DNA of 15,039 nt from Abditibacteriaceae bacterium (GTDB lineage Bacteria > Armatimonadota > Abditibacteriia > Abditibacteriales > Abditibacteriaceae): contig JANPJS010000147.1 of assembly GCA_031425655.1 (NCBI GenBank), positions 1-15,039 on the forward strand. The letters run 5' to 3'. This document shows, piece after piece, positions 1-7,717 of the stretch. Position 1 is the first letter of the stretch. Each line of letters begins with the position of its first letter. The translations under genes were made by a program, and so were the position numbers. The notes under the pieces are model-generated. The model did no database searches, had not been told where the DNA came from, and saw only the letters and a list, made by a program, of their open reading frames with translations.

Positions 1-2982
1 CCGCTGAATATCCCGATTCTCTCGCTGAGTTTGCGCGGCGACCCGGCGCAGGGCTGGGACATGGCGAAGGTGCGGGAGTTCGCCGACAACACCGTCGTCA
101 ACCGCCTGAAAACTGTGCCCAACGTGTATTCGATTGTGCCGTTTGGCGGCTACCGGCGACAGTTGCAGGTGATCGTTGACCGCCAGAAATTGGCGGCCTA
201 CAAGATGTCCATCTTGGACGTGAAACGGGCGCTCGACGGGTTCAACGTCACGCGCTCGGCGGGCACCGTCACTGACGGCCCTGAAGAAGGCATCGTTCGC
301 ATTGACACCCGCGCCATGAGCGCCGAAGACGTGCTGAATTACCCGCTCAGCAGCGTGGTAGCGGGCACTGGTGCACCGGCGATTAGCGCAGTCAGTGCCG
401 GCGGTGGAATGGGCGGCGGGGAAGCAGCGGCGCCTGTGGCGGTGAAAGCTGATTCTTCTTCCGGCGCGCCGCGCATCATTTACATCCGCGATGTGGCGCG
501 CGTGGTGGATAGCCACTGGGAGCGGCGCAGCGCCTACCGCTTCCTCAAGAACGAGGGCGGCAAGGGCGAAGTCGTGCCTGCGATTGAGGTTTCCATCATT
601 CAAGACCCCGGCGCCAGTTCGGCGCAAGTGGTGCCCGCCGTGATGGACATGGTTCGGCGTCTGGAACGCGAAAATCCCGGCCTGACCTTTGAAGTCGCCT
701 ACGACAACGCGCACTTCGTGGATATTCTCTTTGAGAATGTCTGGCACGAGCTTCTGATTGCCATTGTTCTCACCGGCCTGGCGGTTTTGTTCTTCCTCGG
801 AGAGTGGCGTGGGACGCTGATTTCCCTTGTCACGCTGCCGACTTCGTTAGCGATGGCCGTGATTATGATGGTGCCGTTCGGCATGACCTTCAACAGCGGC
901 ACGCTGGTCGGGCTGCTGCTTTCGATAGGCCGCTTAGTGGACGACTCCATCATAGATATTCACGCTGTCGAACGCCATCTGCGGATGGGCAAAGATTCCA
1001 AAACGGCGACAATTGACGGCATCGGCGAAGTGCGTCTGGCGGTTATCGCCTCGACGTTCATGATCGTTTTAGCTTTAGCGCCGCTCTTGTTTACCGGCGG
1101 CATTACGCAATATATGTTCCGCGAATTGGTGTGGCCCTTCATCTTCGGCCTGCTCGGTTCGATGGTCGTCTCGTTCACGCTGACTTCGCTGCTGTGCGCG
1201 AACCTGCTTCGCAGCGCCGACCTACGCGAACAAGACCGCAAACACCCGCTGCTGCGCTGGCTTTACCTGCTGCTCGATCCCGTTCAGCGTGGTCTCACCC
1301 GTTTGGAAACGCGCTATGGCCAGGTGATCGCGTGGATGCTCAGACATCGTTTTGCCAACCTGTGCCGCGTTCTGGCCACGGTGATTCTCGGTTTCACGTT
1401 TTATTACTTCATTGGCAGCGAGATGATGCCCTTAGCCGACACCGCGCAGGCCAACGGCTTCATGGAAATGGCGCCGGATGCCTCTTTTGAAGAAACCGAG
1501 CGGGCCACCAAACAGCTTGAGCAAATCCTGCTCAAATATCCCGAACTGGAAAAGGCGTCCATCGAAGTCGGCGCTGAAACGATGTTCGAGAGCTTCAGCC
1601 CCTTTTACACCGGCTATCAGATGCCGCAGGTCAACGGCGCCGCGTTCATGCTGACCTTTTCCGACAAAGATGAGAGGGGACGCACCATCTGGCAGGTGAT
1701 AGACGCGGTGCAGCGCGAAGCCTTAGCGACCATTCCCGGTTTGCGCCGATTGCAAATTAAGGAGATGGGCAGCGACGTGATGGCGACTGCCGCCGCGCCG
1801 ATTCACGTCAACATCTACGGGCCGGATTTGAACGAACTCGACCGCATTGGCCGCGAAGTGCAGCGCGTCGCGCAGAAGATGCCGGAGCTTTACCAGCCGG
1901 CGACGACCTGGGCGATGGGACGGCCCGACTATCAGATTGTCGTTGACCCGGCCAAAGCGCGCGGCGCCGGCCTTACGCCGGAAAGCATCTCGCAGCAGGC
2001 TTATTACGCCCTGCGCGGCGGCCTGACCGACGAGTTTTATCGCCTGCCGAACCTGCGCCAGAACACGATTCTACTGCGTTATGAGCAAAGCGCGCGGCGC
2101 GGCCAGCAGGATGTGGAGCAGCTTTATCTGACCGCCGCCGATGGCCGCCCGATTCCGCTGAAAAGCGTGGCACGCGTTGAACGCCACGAAGCGCCGACGG
2201 TCATCGAACACGACGGCCTGCGCCGTGTAATCGGCATCACTGGTTACTATCGCAAAGAAGGCCTACCTTCGATGGACGTGGCGATGAACCTGACTTCCAA
2301 CATCTACGGCGGCAACAAAGAACTGGGCATTGAGCCGGTGAATTTTCCGCCCGGCTACGGCATGGAAATGCGCGGCGACATGACGCAGATGATGGCCAGT
2401 TTCCGCCGTCTGCTCAGCGGCCTCGCCCTCGCGCTGATTTTCATGTATCTGGTGCTCGTCGCGCAGTTCCGGGGCTTCTTGCAACCGCTTCAGATGATTG
2501 CCAGCCTGCCTCTCGAACTGGCGGGCGTGTTCACCGCGCTGTGGCTGGCGCATCAGGCGTTCTCCACGGTTTCGATCTTAGGCATTATCGTTTTGACCGG
2601 CATGGACATCACGACGGCAGTGCTTCTTATTGACATGATTATGAAATACCGCGACCGGGGGATGCCCCGCGACGAAGCGATTGTCGCCGCCTGTCCGCAG
2701 CGTCTGCGCCCGATTCTCATGACTTCCATCATCAGCCTCGTGGTGATGCTGCCCATCGCACTGGCGCCGAAAACCGGCATTGACGCTTACCAACCGCTGG
2801 GCACTACCGTGGTCGGCGGCCTTCTGGTCGGCACCATTCTCAGCCTCTTCGACATTCCCATCATGCACACCTACGTGGATGATTTCATTCGCTGGCTCAA
2901 CCGCGCCGTGCTGAAGCGCGATTGGGAATGGAAAGTCACGGAAACGCCCGAAGGCGAACCGTTAGAGGAGTTCCAACCATGA
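1..2982 (+). CDS. Efflux RND transporter permease subunit (AcrB/MdtB/CusA superfamily), 5'-truncated by the window
   Basis: Frame is open from base 1 (PLNIPILSLSLRGDP...). Two large periplasmic regions alternate with TM bundles. Motifs: TM4 GRLVDDSII (AcrB GLLVDDAIV), TM6 FSLTLT-like VSFTLTSLLC, TM8 MYLVLVAQF, TM11 RLRPILMTS, TM12 PLGTTVVGGLLVGTILSLFDIP. Stop TGA 2980-2982. Confidence 0.95.
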   Translation, partial: PLNIPILSLSLRGDPAQGWDMAKVREFADNTVVNRLKTVPNVYSIVPFGGYRRQLQVIVDRQKLAAYKMSILDVKRALDGFNVTRSAGTVTDGPEEGIVRIDTRAMSAEDVLNYPLSSVVAGTGAPAISAVSAGGGMGGGEAAAPVAVKADSSSGAPRIIYIRDVARVVDSHWERRSAYRFLKNEGGKGEVVPAIEVSIIQDPGASSAQVVPAVMDMVRRLERENPGLTFEVAYDNAHFVDILFENVWHELLIAIVLTGLAVLFFLGEWRGTLISLVTLPTSLAMAVIMMVPFGMTFNSGTLVGLLLSIGRLVDDSIIDIHAVERHLRMGKDSKTATIDGIGEVRLAVIASTFMIVLALAPLLFTGGITQYMFRELVWPFIFGLLGSMVVSFTLTSLLCANLLRSADLREQDRKHPLLRWLYLLLDPVQRGLTRLETRYGQVIAWMLRHRFANLCRVLATVILGFTFYYFIGSEMMPLADTAQANGFMEMAPDASFEETERATKQLEQILLKYPELEKASIEVGAETMFESFSPFYTGYQMPQVNGAAFMLTFSDKDERGRTIWQVIDAVQREALATIPGLRRLQIKEMGSDVMATAAAPIHVNIYGPDLNELDRIGREVQRVAQKMPELYQPATTWAMGRPDYQIVVDPAKARGAGLTPESISQQAYYALRGGLTDEFYRLPNLRQNTILLRYEQSARRGQQDVEQLYLTAADGRPIPLKSVARVERHEAPTVIEHDGLRRVIGITGYYRKEGLPSMDVAMNLTSNIYGGNKELGIEPVNFPPGYGMEMRGDMTQMMASFRRLLSGLALALIFMYLVLVAQFRGFLQPLQMIASLPLELAGVFTALWLAHQAFSTVSILGIIVLTGMDITTAVLLIDMIMKYRDRGMPRDEAIVAACPQRLRPILMTSIISLVVMLPIALAPKTGIDAYQPLGTTVVGGLLVGTILSLFDIPIMHTYVDDFIRWLNRAVLKRDWEWKVTETPEGEPLEEFQP

Positions 2983-3497
2983 CACCGATTCAACCGATTG
3001 ACCCGCCGCTGCGCGCCTACAAGTGGATTTTGGCGCTGGGCGGCGTGACGCTGATTCTGCTGCGCGCGTGGGCCGAACATCGCTTTTTTATGGATTTGCC
3101 AATGTTCTGGCGCCACGCGCTGGCACTGGGCACCGACGCGCTGCTATTGATTTTGATGGTGGCGGTGTTTGCGCTGGTGATGCGCTATGAAAACCGTCTG
3201 GCGGCGCTCAACGCCGAACTGGGTGCGCGCAACCACGCGATGGAGAAGCTCGAAGACACCGTGGACAAACGCCTGATTGAACTCGCGCAAAAGTTGGCGC
3301 TTTCTCTGGCAAGCGTTACCAGTCATGCGGGATTCGCGCTGCAAAATACCACTAACATCAGCGACATCAAAGCATTTTCGCAGGTAGTTGACGAAGCGCA
3401 CAATATGGCTGCCATTACCAACGAACTGATTGAACTCAAGCGCCTCGAAGCCGGGCCGGGCGAAATAACGCCTGCCAATTCCGCCACTGCGGAGTGA
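2979..3497 (+). CDS. 172-aa membrane protein: 2 TM helices, coiled coil and degenerate HisKA (DHp)-like helical hairpin; no phospho-His, no HATPase domain
   Basis: ATG at 2979 overlaps the RND stop (ATGA), with GAGGAG at 2965-2970, so this start is preferred to 2922. Two hydrophobic segments, then LAALNAELGARNHAMEKLE (S-helix-like), ELAQKLALSLASVTSHAGFAL (cf. SHELRTPLTSIxGYAELL) and VVDEAHNMAAITNELIELKRLEAG (cf. IxxEAxRLxxLIxDLLDLSRLEAG). Confidence 0.8.
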   Translation: MTPIQPIDPPLRAYKWILALGGVTLILLRAWAEHRFFMDLPMFWRHALALGTDALLLILMVAVFALVMRYENRLAALNAELGARNHAMEKLEDTVDKRLIELAQKLALSLASVTSHAGFALQNTTNISDIKAFSQVVDEAHNMAAITNELIELKRLEAGPGEITPANSATAE

Positions 3498-3503
3498 GGG
3501 ACT

Positions 3504-3824
3504 ATGCGAATTTTTGGACTGAGCAAACTGGGCCGCCGCGCCCAGCACGTCGTGAAGGACGACGCACGCTGCGCCGAATTACTGGGCGTCGAGTGCGGCG
3601 AAGAATTCGATATCTACTGGTGGGTTTTGCCACACGACGAGCCGGCATGGGCCGGCTATTATTCGCTGAAGGCGAAGATTGCTCCGCTTGACGAGAGCCA
3701 TACGATCTTTCGATTGTCGCACGTCACCGTTGCCGGCCATTGGCACGAGTTGGATGTCGAAGGCACCTTCGAGTTCTGCGTGCGGCAGATTATGGAGAAC
3801 CGCTACCATTTGTTTTTCGGATGA
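3504..3824 (+). CDS. Hypothetical protein, 106 aa, soluble
   Basis: Fills the gap between the upstream CDS (6 bp) and the TolC gene (12 bp). GGAGTGAGGG lies just before the ATG. Protein-like composition, but no family recognised. Confidence 0.7.
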   Translation: MRIFGLSKLGRRAQHVVKDDARCAELLGVECGEEFDIYWWVLPHDEPAWAGYYSLKAKIAPLDESHTIFRLSHVTVAGHWHELDVEGTFEFCVRQIMENRYHLFFG

Positions 3825-3836
3825 AGGATAGCTTCC

Positions 3837-5225
3837 ATGAAACCTTTTTTCATACTAACAACGTTGCTATGGGCTTGGCCCCTCGCGGCGCAATCGGCTG
3901 ACAGTAACCCGCCCACTTTAGAGAGCGCTCTGGCCCAGCGCCCGGTGTTTAACGGCGACTTGACACTTGATGCCGCCGTCACGCTGGCGCTCAAAGAAAG
4001 CCCTGTTGTGCGCGGCGCCGAAGCCGAAGTAGAGGCCGCGTTGGGCCGTCTTAATGCCGCGCGGGCCGAGCGCAAGCCGTGGCTGTCGGCCAATACCTTC
4101 GTGTCCGGCGGCAGTTTGCCCAACATCGTTTCCAGCCCGCTTCCCGTTCAGCCCCAAATGCTGATGGGCCTGCCGCGCGGCGCTTTCGCCGATGTAAACG
4201 TGATGCTCATGGTGCCTCTTCTGACATCGGGTCGCCTGAAAGCGATGGTGCGCCAGGCGGCAGCTTTGCGCGACGCGGCGCAGGCGGATGGAGAAGCAGA
4301 GCGACAGGAAGTCGCTCTGCTAACGCGCACCGTTTATCGTGAGGTTTTGGCGCGCCGTGCGCTCGTCGCAGTGCAAAGCGCGCGGCTCAAGGAAAATCAG
4401 GAGCGTTTGCGATTAGACCGCATTCGCGCCGAGGCGGGCAAAATTCCGGCATTTACTATCTTTCGCAGCGAAGCCGAGGTTGCCGCCACGCAACAGGAAC
4501 TCACGAATGCCGAGCGCGATGTTGAACTGTCGCTTTTGCAGTTGAAAGTAACCCTTGGCGTGCATCCTGATTCACAGATCACGCTGACCGACACGCTGCA
4601 ATTTCAGCCCGGCGCACAATGGGTTCCTGCTGTTGCCAACACCGATCTGTCGGCGCTGCTGCATATGGCCGAGCAACGCCGGCCCGAACTCCAGGCAGTC
4701 TCGCGGCGTGTGCAAAGCGCACAGGCAGACATCCAAGCCACGCGCGGCGCCTACGGCCCACAAGTCAACGCTTTTGGTATCGCCGACTTGATGAAAATGA
4801 AGGGCCAGAGCGTAACGGGCGGCACTACATTCGGCCTGGCGGCTTCGATTCCAATTCTTAACGGCGGGCAGAAAAGCGCACGTCTGCAAACGGCGGACGC
4901 CGAGCGGCGCCGTCAGGAAGCGCAGCGCCAGCGTGTAGCCTTGCAGGTCGCGCAGGAAGTGAGCGCCGGGATACTGAATTTGAAAGCCGCCGAGCAAAAC
5001 GTGCAGACCTCGCAATCGGCTCTGAAAGCAGCGCAGGAAGATTATCGGGTGGCGCTTCTGCGTTATCAGGAAGGGCGCAGCATCGTCGTGGAAATTTTGG
5101 ATGCGTTGGCGGCTCGCGTTCAGGCTGAAAGCAACATCGTGCAGGCGCTCTATGCCTATAATGCGGCGCGTGACCAACTACTGCGTGCCGTAGGGGTTAT
5201 CATTGACGCACCGCCGATCAATTGA
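3837..5225 (+). CDS. TolC-family outer membrane efflux protein
   Basis: Signal peptide (MKPFFILTTLLWAWPLAA), LTLDAAVTLALKESP N-terminal motif, two OEP repeats (ARAERKPWLS / TRGAYGPQVN), YQEGRSIVVEILDA and YAYNAARDQLLRAVG C-terminal motifs. AAGGA RBS upstream. Confidence 0.95.
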   Translation: MKPFFILTTLLWAWPLAAQSADSNPPTLESALAQRPVFNGDLTLDAAVTLALKESPVVRGAEAEVEAALGRLNAARAERKPWLSANTFVSGGSLPNIVSSPLPVQPQMLMGLPRGAFADVNVMLMVPLLTSGRLKAMVRQAAALRDAAQADGEAERQEVALLTRTVYREVLARRALVAVQSARLKENQERLRLDRIRAEAGKIPAFTIFRSEAEVAATQQELTNAERDVELSLLQLKVTLGVHPDSQITLTDTLQFQPGAQWVPAVANTDLSALLHMAEQRRPELQAVSRRVQSAQADIQATRGAYGPQVNAFGIADLMKMKGQSVTGGTTFGLAASIPILNGGQKSARLQTADAERRRQEAQRQRVALQVAQEVSAGILNLKAAEQNVQTSQSALKAAQEDYRVALLRYQEGRSIVVEILDALAARVQAESNIVQALYAYNAARDQLLRAVGVIIDAPPIN

Positions 5226-5262
5226 CACTTTTTTGACCCGTAGTCATCCTCAAAGCCGGGCC

Positions 5263-5292
5263 TTGACACAAAAAGTTACACTCCCTTAAAAT
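5263..5292 (+). promoter_or_regulatory. Near-consensus sigma70 promoter with no downstream CDS
   Basis: TTGACA (5263-5268), 18-nt spacer, TAAAAT (5287-5292), then a GC-rich discriminator. The next + strand feature is the hairpin at 5376-5407. Confidence 0.55.
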
Positions 5293-5321
5293 ACCTCGCT
5301 GCTCGCGGCGGGGATCCTTTT

Positions 5322-5422
5322 ATTTCCTTTATCAAACCCCACAATTATCGCGCAATTTAAGAAGGCGGGCAAACAAAAGCGGCGGCATCATTCGATGCCG
5401 CCGCTTTGGTGATTGTTTACGC
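5322..5422. repeat. Copy 1 of a ~100-bp intergenic direct repeat (terminator + putative promoter + RBS on the - strand)
   Basis: 5322-5407 vs 7632-7717 match at 85/86 nt (only 5375 a / 7685 c differs). Similarity continues more loosely into the adhesin tail-coding sequence. Confidence 0.95.
5376..5407. terminator. Intrinsic terminator, probably bidirectional, between the convergent TolC and adhesin genes
   Basis: 14-bp perfect stem AAAGCGGCGGCATC-attc-GATGCCGCCGCTTT. On the - strand it ends in TTTTGTTT. Confidence 0.8.
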
Positions 5423-5426
5423 GGTA

Positions 5427-5465
5427 TTATTCGCTCGGTTCGTCGGTCTCGAAACGCAGCGGCGC
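5427..5465 (-). pseudogene. Vestigial C-terminal tail (APLRFETDEPSE*) in frame behind the TGA of the 5466-7628 gene
   Basis: The - strand reads ATT CGC AAC GAC GAT TGA GCG CCG CTG CGT TTC GAG ACC GAC GAA CCG AGC GAA TAA, which aligns codon for codon with IRNDDAAPLLFENDEPSQ/R* of the paralogues. Confidence 0.85.
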
Positions 5466-7628
5466 TCAATCGTCGTTGCGAATGACGCCGAGGCCTTGCG
5501 AATCGGCGATGAAGGCGGAAACAACATTAGTCAGATTGACGGTGTAAGTCTCGTCCGGCTCAACAGTCATGTCGCCATTGACCAAAATCGTGATGATTTT
5601 GCTGGTCTGGCCCGGTGCGAAGGTTAAAGTGCCCGTAGCCGTGACAAAATCGGTGGCCACGGCGCTGCTAATAGCGGTTGCCCAGTCCACCGTCACCGTG
5701 CTGAGTGAGGCCGTGCTCAGGCGCACGATGAACTGTTGTCCGCTGGTGGTGCTGTCCCCTTCGTCAATGGTTACGGCATCTTCGATAATCAGGTTCGGAT
5801 CGTCGTTGCGAATCGTGCCGAGGCCGGTCGCATCCGCCAGAAAGCTATAAGTCGGCTTGCTCAGATTCACTTTGTAAATCTCGTTTGACTCGACCGTCGT
5901 GTCGCCATTGACCAAAACCGTGACGATTTTGCTGGTCTGGCCCGGCGTAAAGGTCAATATTCCCGACGCCACGACGTAATCGGGTGCCACTGCAGTGTTA
6001 TCCGCCGTTGTCCACTCGACGGTGACAGTATCGGTCGAAACCGCGCTCAAACGCACGATGAACTGCTGTGCCGTCGTGCCGCTGTTGCCCTCGTCAATGC
6101 TTAGGGCGTCTTCGACGGTGAGGCCCGGCCCGTCGTCGTTGACTAAGGTGCCCACGCCGCGACTATCGCCCAAAATCGCATTGCTCGGCGTCAGCAGGTC
6201 AACGAAGAAGGTTTCGTTCAGTTCAACGGTGCTGTCGCCGATGAAAAAGATGGTGACGCGCTTGAGAGTTTCACCCGGCAGAAAGGTCAGTTTGCCGGCT
6301 TTAGTGTTGTAATCGCTGCCCGCGATGGCCGGATTGTTGGTGCCGTTGAGCGTTTGATAATTGACGGTCACGCTTTGCGTGCTGGCGGCGTTGAGGGTGA
6401 TGTCGAGAGTGATCGAGCCGGGCGCAGCAGCGCTGCCTTCGACAAGGGAACGCGGATTATTGACGCTCGCTGCGGGCAGGCCGCCCAGTTCAAAGGCGCC
6501 AATGTCGCTGTCGTCGCCACCCGCAGCGGGCGCGATAGCGGCATCATTGAAGGGCCTGTTGAAGCCGCGCTGATCGGTGGCCGGGCCGCCGGAGCCGCCT
6601 TTGTCAATGGCCGCGCTGCCGGTCAGCAGCGCGATGGTTTGCGTTGGGCCGCCATTACTGGCTAAGACGGGGGCGCCGCCGGCATCGGTTTGCAAGCCCG
6701 CTGCGGTCGCCGTGCCGCTGGTGATGTTGAATCCGCCGTCGGTGAAGGCGCCGCTCACGTTGGTGGTGTTGCCGACCACTAAGCTATTCTTGAGTGTCAT
6801 CGTGCCGCCGGCGATAGTAAGGCCCGTCGTGTTGCCGCTGAGAGTGCAGCCCGTGACGGTTGAGGTGCCGCTGAAACCGTAGATGCCACTGCCGTTTCCG
6901 CTGATGGTGCAGCCCGTGACAATCGCCGGGCCTTCGCTAATAATCCCGTATCCGGAGTTGCTGCTCACGGTGCAGTTGGTGGCGGTTACGGTGCCGTTTG
7001 CCTCGTTGAGGACGCCGTAATTGGTGTTGCCGCTCACGGTGCAATTGGTGGTGGTGAAGGTGCCGTTGCCATTGCTAACGCCGGTCGAGTTGTTGCTGAA
7101 AGTGCAGTTGGTGGCGGTGGCAACGCCGCTGCTGGAAATGCCCACGGTATTGCCGCTGAAGACGCAGTTGGTGGCGGTTACGGTCACGCCGGGGACGACG
7201 GAGAGGCCGACACTGCTGTCACTGATAGTAAAGCCGCTGAAGGTCGCGCTAAAGCTGGCGTTCACGAGAGTGCTGAACGTAAAAATACTAAACTTCGAGC
7301 CGGTGGTTGTGTTTTTAATTGTCAGCTTATCGGCGCCGGGGCCGGTGATGGTAATATCGCCGCTCAACTTGTCCAATTTCGTGTTCAGCGTGATGGTTTG
7401 AGAGGTGGCGAAGACGGTGGTATCGAAAAGGATAATATCGGCGCCGATAGTCGCGTTGGCTTTGGTGACGGCGCCGCGCAAAGTGCAATCGTTGACTGTG
7501 GCGCTGCAAGTCGAAACCGCCGTGTCATCGGTGCGATCCACTGTGAAGGTTGCGGCGGGTGCCGGAGCAATGACGCTCAAGGCCAGTATTCCGGTGCAAA
7601 GCATGATGAGCGTTTTCAAAGATGACAT
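5466..7628 (-). CDS. Secreted CSLREA-like / right-handed beta-helix / choice-of-anchor Q-like protein with 3 Calx-beta domains (putative adhesin), 720 aa
   Basis: Start ATG at 7628 follows AAAGGA (the ORF track's TTG at 7682 lies inside the repeat). Signal peptide MSSLKTLIMLCTGILALSVIAPAPA; DCTLRGAVTKAN; TATNCxxSxN repeats; LASNGGPTQTIALLTGSAAIDKG..DQRGFNRP..DIGAFE; three Calx-beta units (DY..SG.LTF.PGxT.K...GD..VE.NE...NDD). Confidence 0.9.
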   Translation of the reverse strand: MSSLKTLIMLCTGILALSVIAPAPAATFTVDRTDDTAVSTCSATVNDCTLRGAVTKANATIGADIILFDTTVFATSQTITLNTKLDKLSGDITITGPGADKLTIKNTTTGSKFSIFTFSTLVNASFSATFSGFTISDSSVGLSVVPGVTVTATNCVFSGNTVGISSSGVATATNCTFSNNSTGVSNGNGTFTTTNCTVSGNTNYGVLNEANGTVTATNCTVSSNSGYGIISEGPAIVTGCTISGNGSGIYGFSGTSTVTGCTLSGNTTGLTIAGGTMTLKNSLVVGNTTNVSGAFTDGGFNITSGTATAAGLQTDAGGAPVLASNGGPTQTIALLTGSAAIDKGGSGGPATDQRGFNRPFNDAAIAPAAGGDDSDIGAFELGGLPAASVNNPRSLVEGSAAAPGSITLDITLNAASTQSVTVNYQTLNGTNNPAIAGSDYNTKAGKLTFLPGETLKRVTIFFIGDSTVELNETFFVDLLTPSNAILGDSRGVGTLVNDDGPGLTVEDALSIDEGNSGTTAQQFIVRLSAVSTDTVTVEWTTADNTAVAPDYVVASGILTFTPGQTSKIVTVLVNGDTTVESNEIYKVNLSKPTYSFLADATGLGTIRNDDPNLIIEDAVTIDEGDSTTSGQQFIVRLSTASLSTVTVDWATAISSAVATDFVTATGTLTFAPGQTSKIITILVNGDMTVEPDETYTVNLTNVVSAFIADSQGLGVIRNDD

Positions 7629-7653
7629 TTCATTTCCTTTATCAAACCCCACA

Positions 7654-7682
7654 ATTATCGCGCAATTTAAGAAGGCGGGCAA
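7654..7682 (-). promoter_or_regulatory. Putative sigma70 promoter for the 5466-7628 gene
   Basis: TTGCCC (7682-7677), 17-nt spacer, GATAAT (7659-7654). It lies just after the terminator and about 25 nt before the ATG. An identical copy is at 5372-5344. Confidence 0.45.
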
Positions 7683-7685
7683 ACC

Positions 7686-7717
7686 AAAGCGGCGGCATCA
7701 TTCGATGCCGCCGCTTT
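7686..7717 (-). terminator. Intrinsic terminator after the 7738-9732 gene
   Basis: Same 14-bp stem as 5376-5407, 20 nt after the TAA. On the - strand it ends in TTTGGTTT. Confidence 0.75.

Noticed and set aside
5295..5330. tRNA or tRNA fragment after the strong promoter
   Set aside because: No cloverleaf, T-loop GTTCGA context or CCA end is recognisable.
5427..5468. Selenocysteine or genetic code 4/25 explanation for the in-frame TGA
   Set aside because: The homologous residue is Ala, not Cys or Trp. No convincing SECIS hairpin follows, and TGA ends four other genes in the window.
7629..7682. ORF-track start at 7682, and likewise the starts at 2922, 12145, 14930 and 31
   Set aside because: Better starts with an SD and a signal peptide or coupling exist at 7628, 2979 and 12121. 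The 31 and 14930 frames are open to the window edges, so those genes are truncated.
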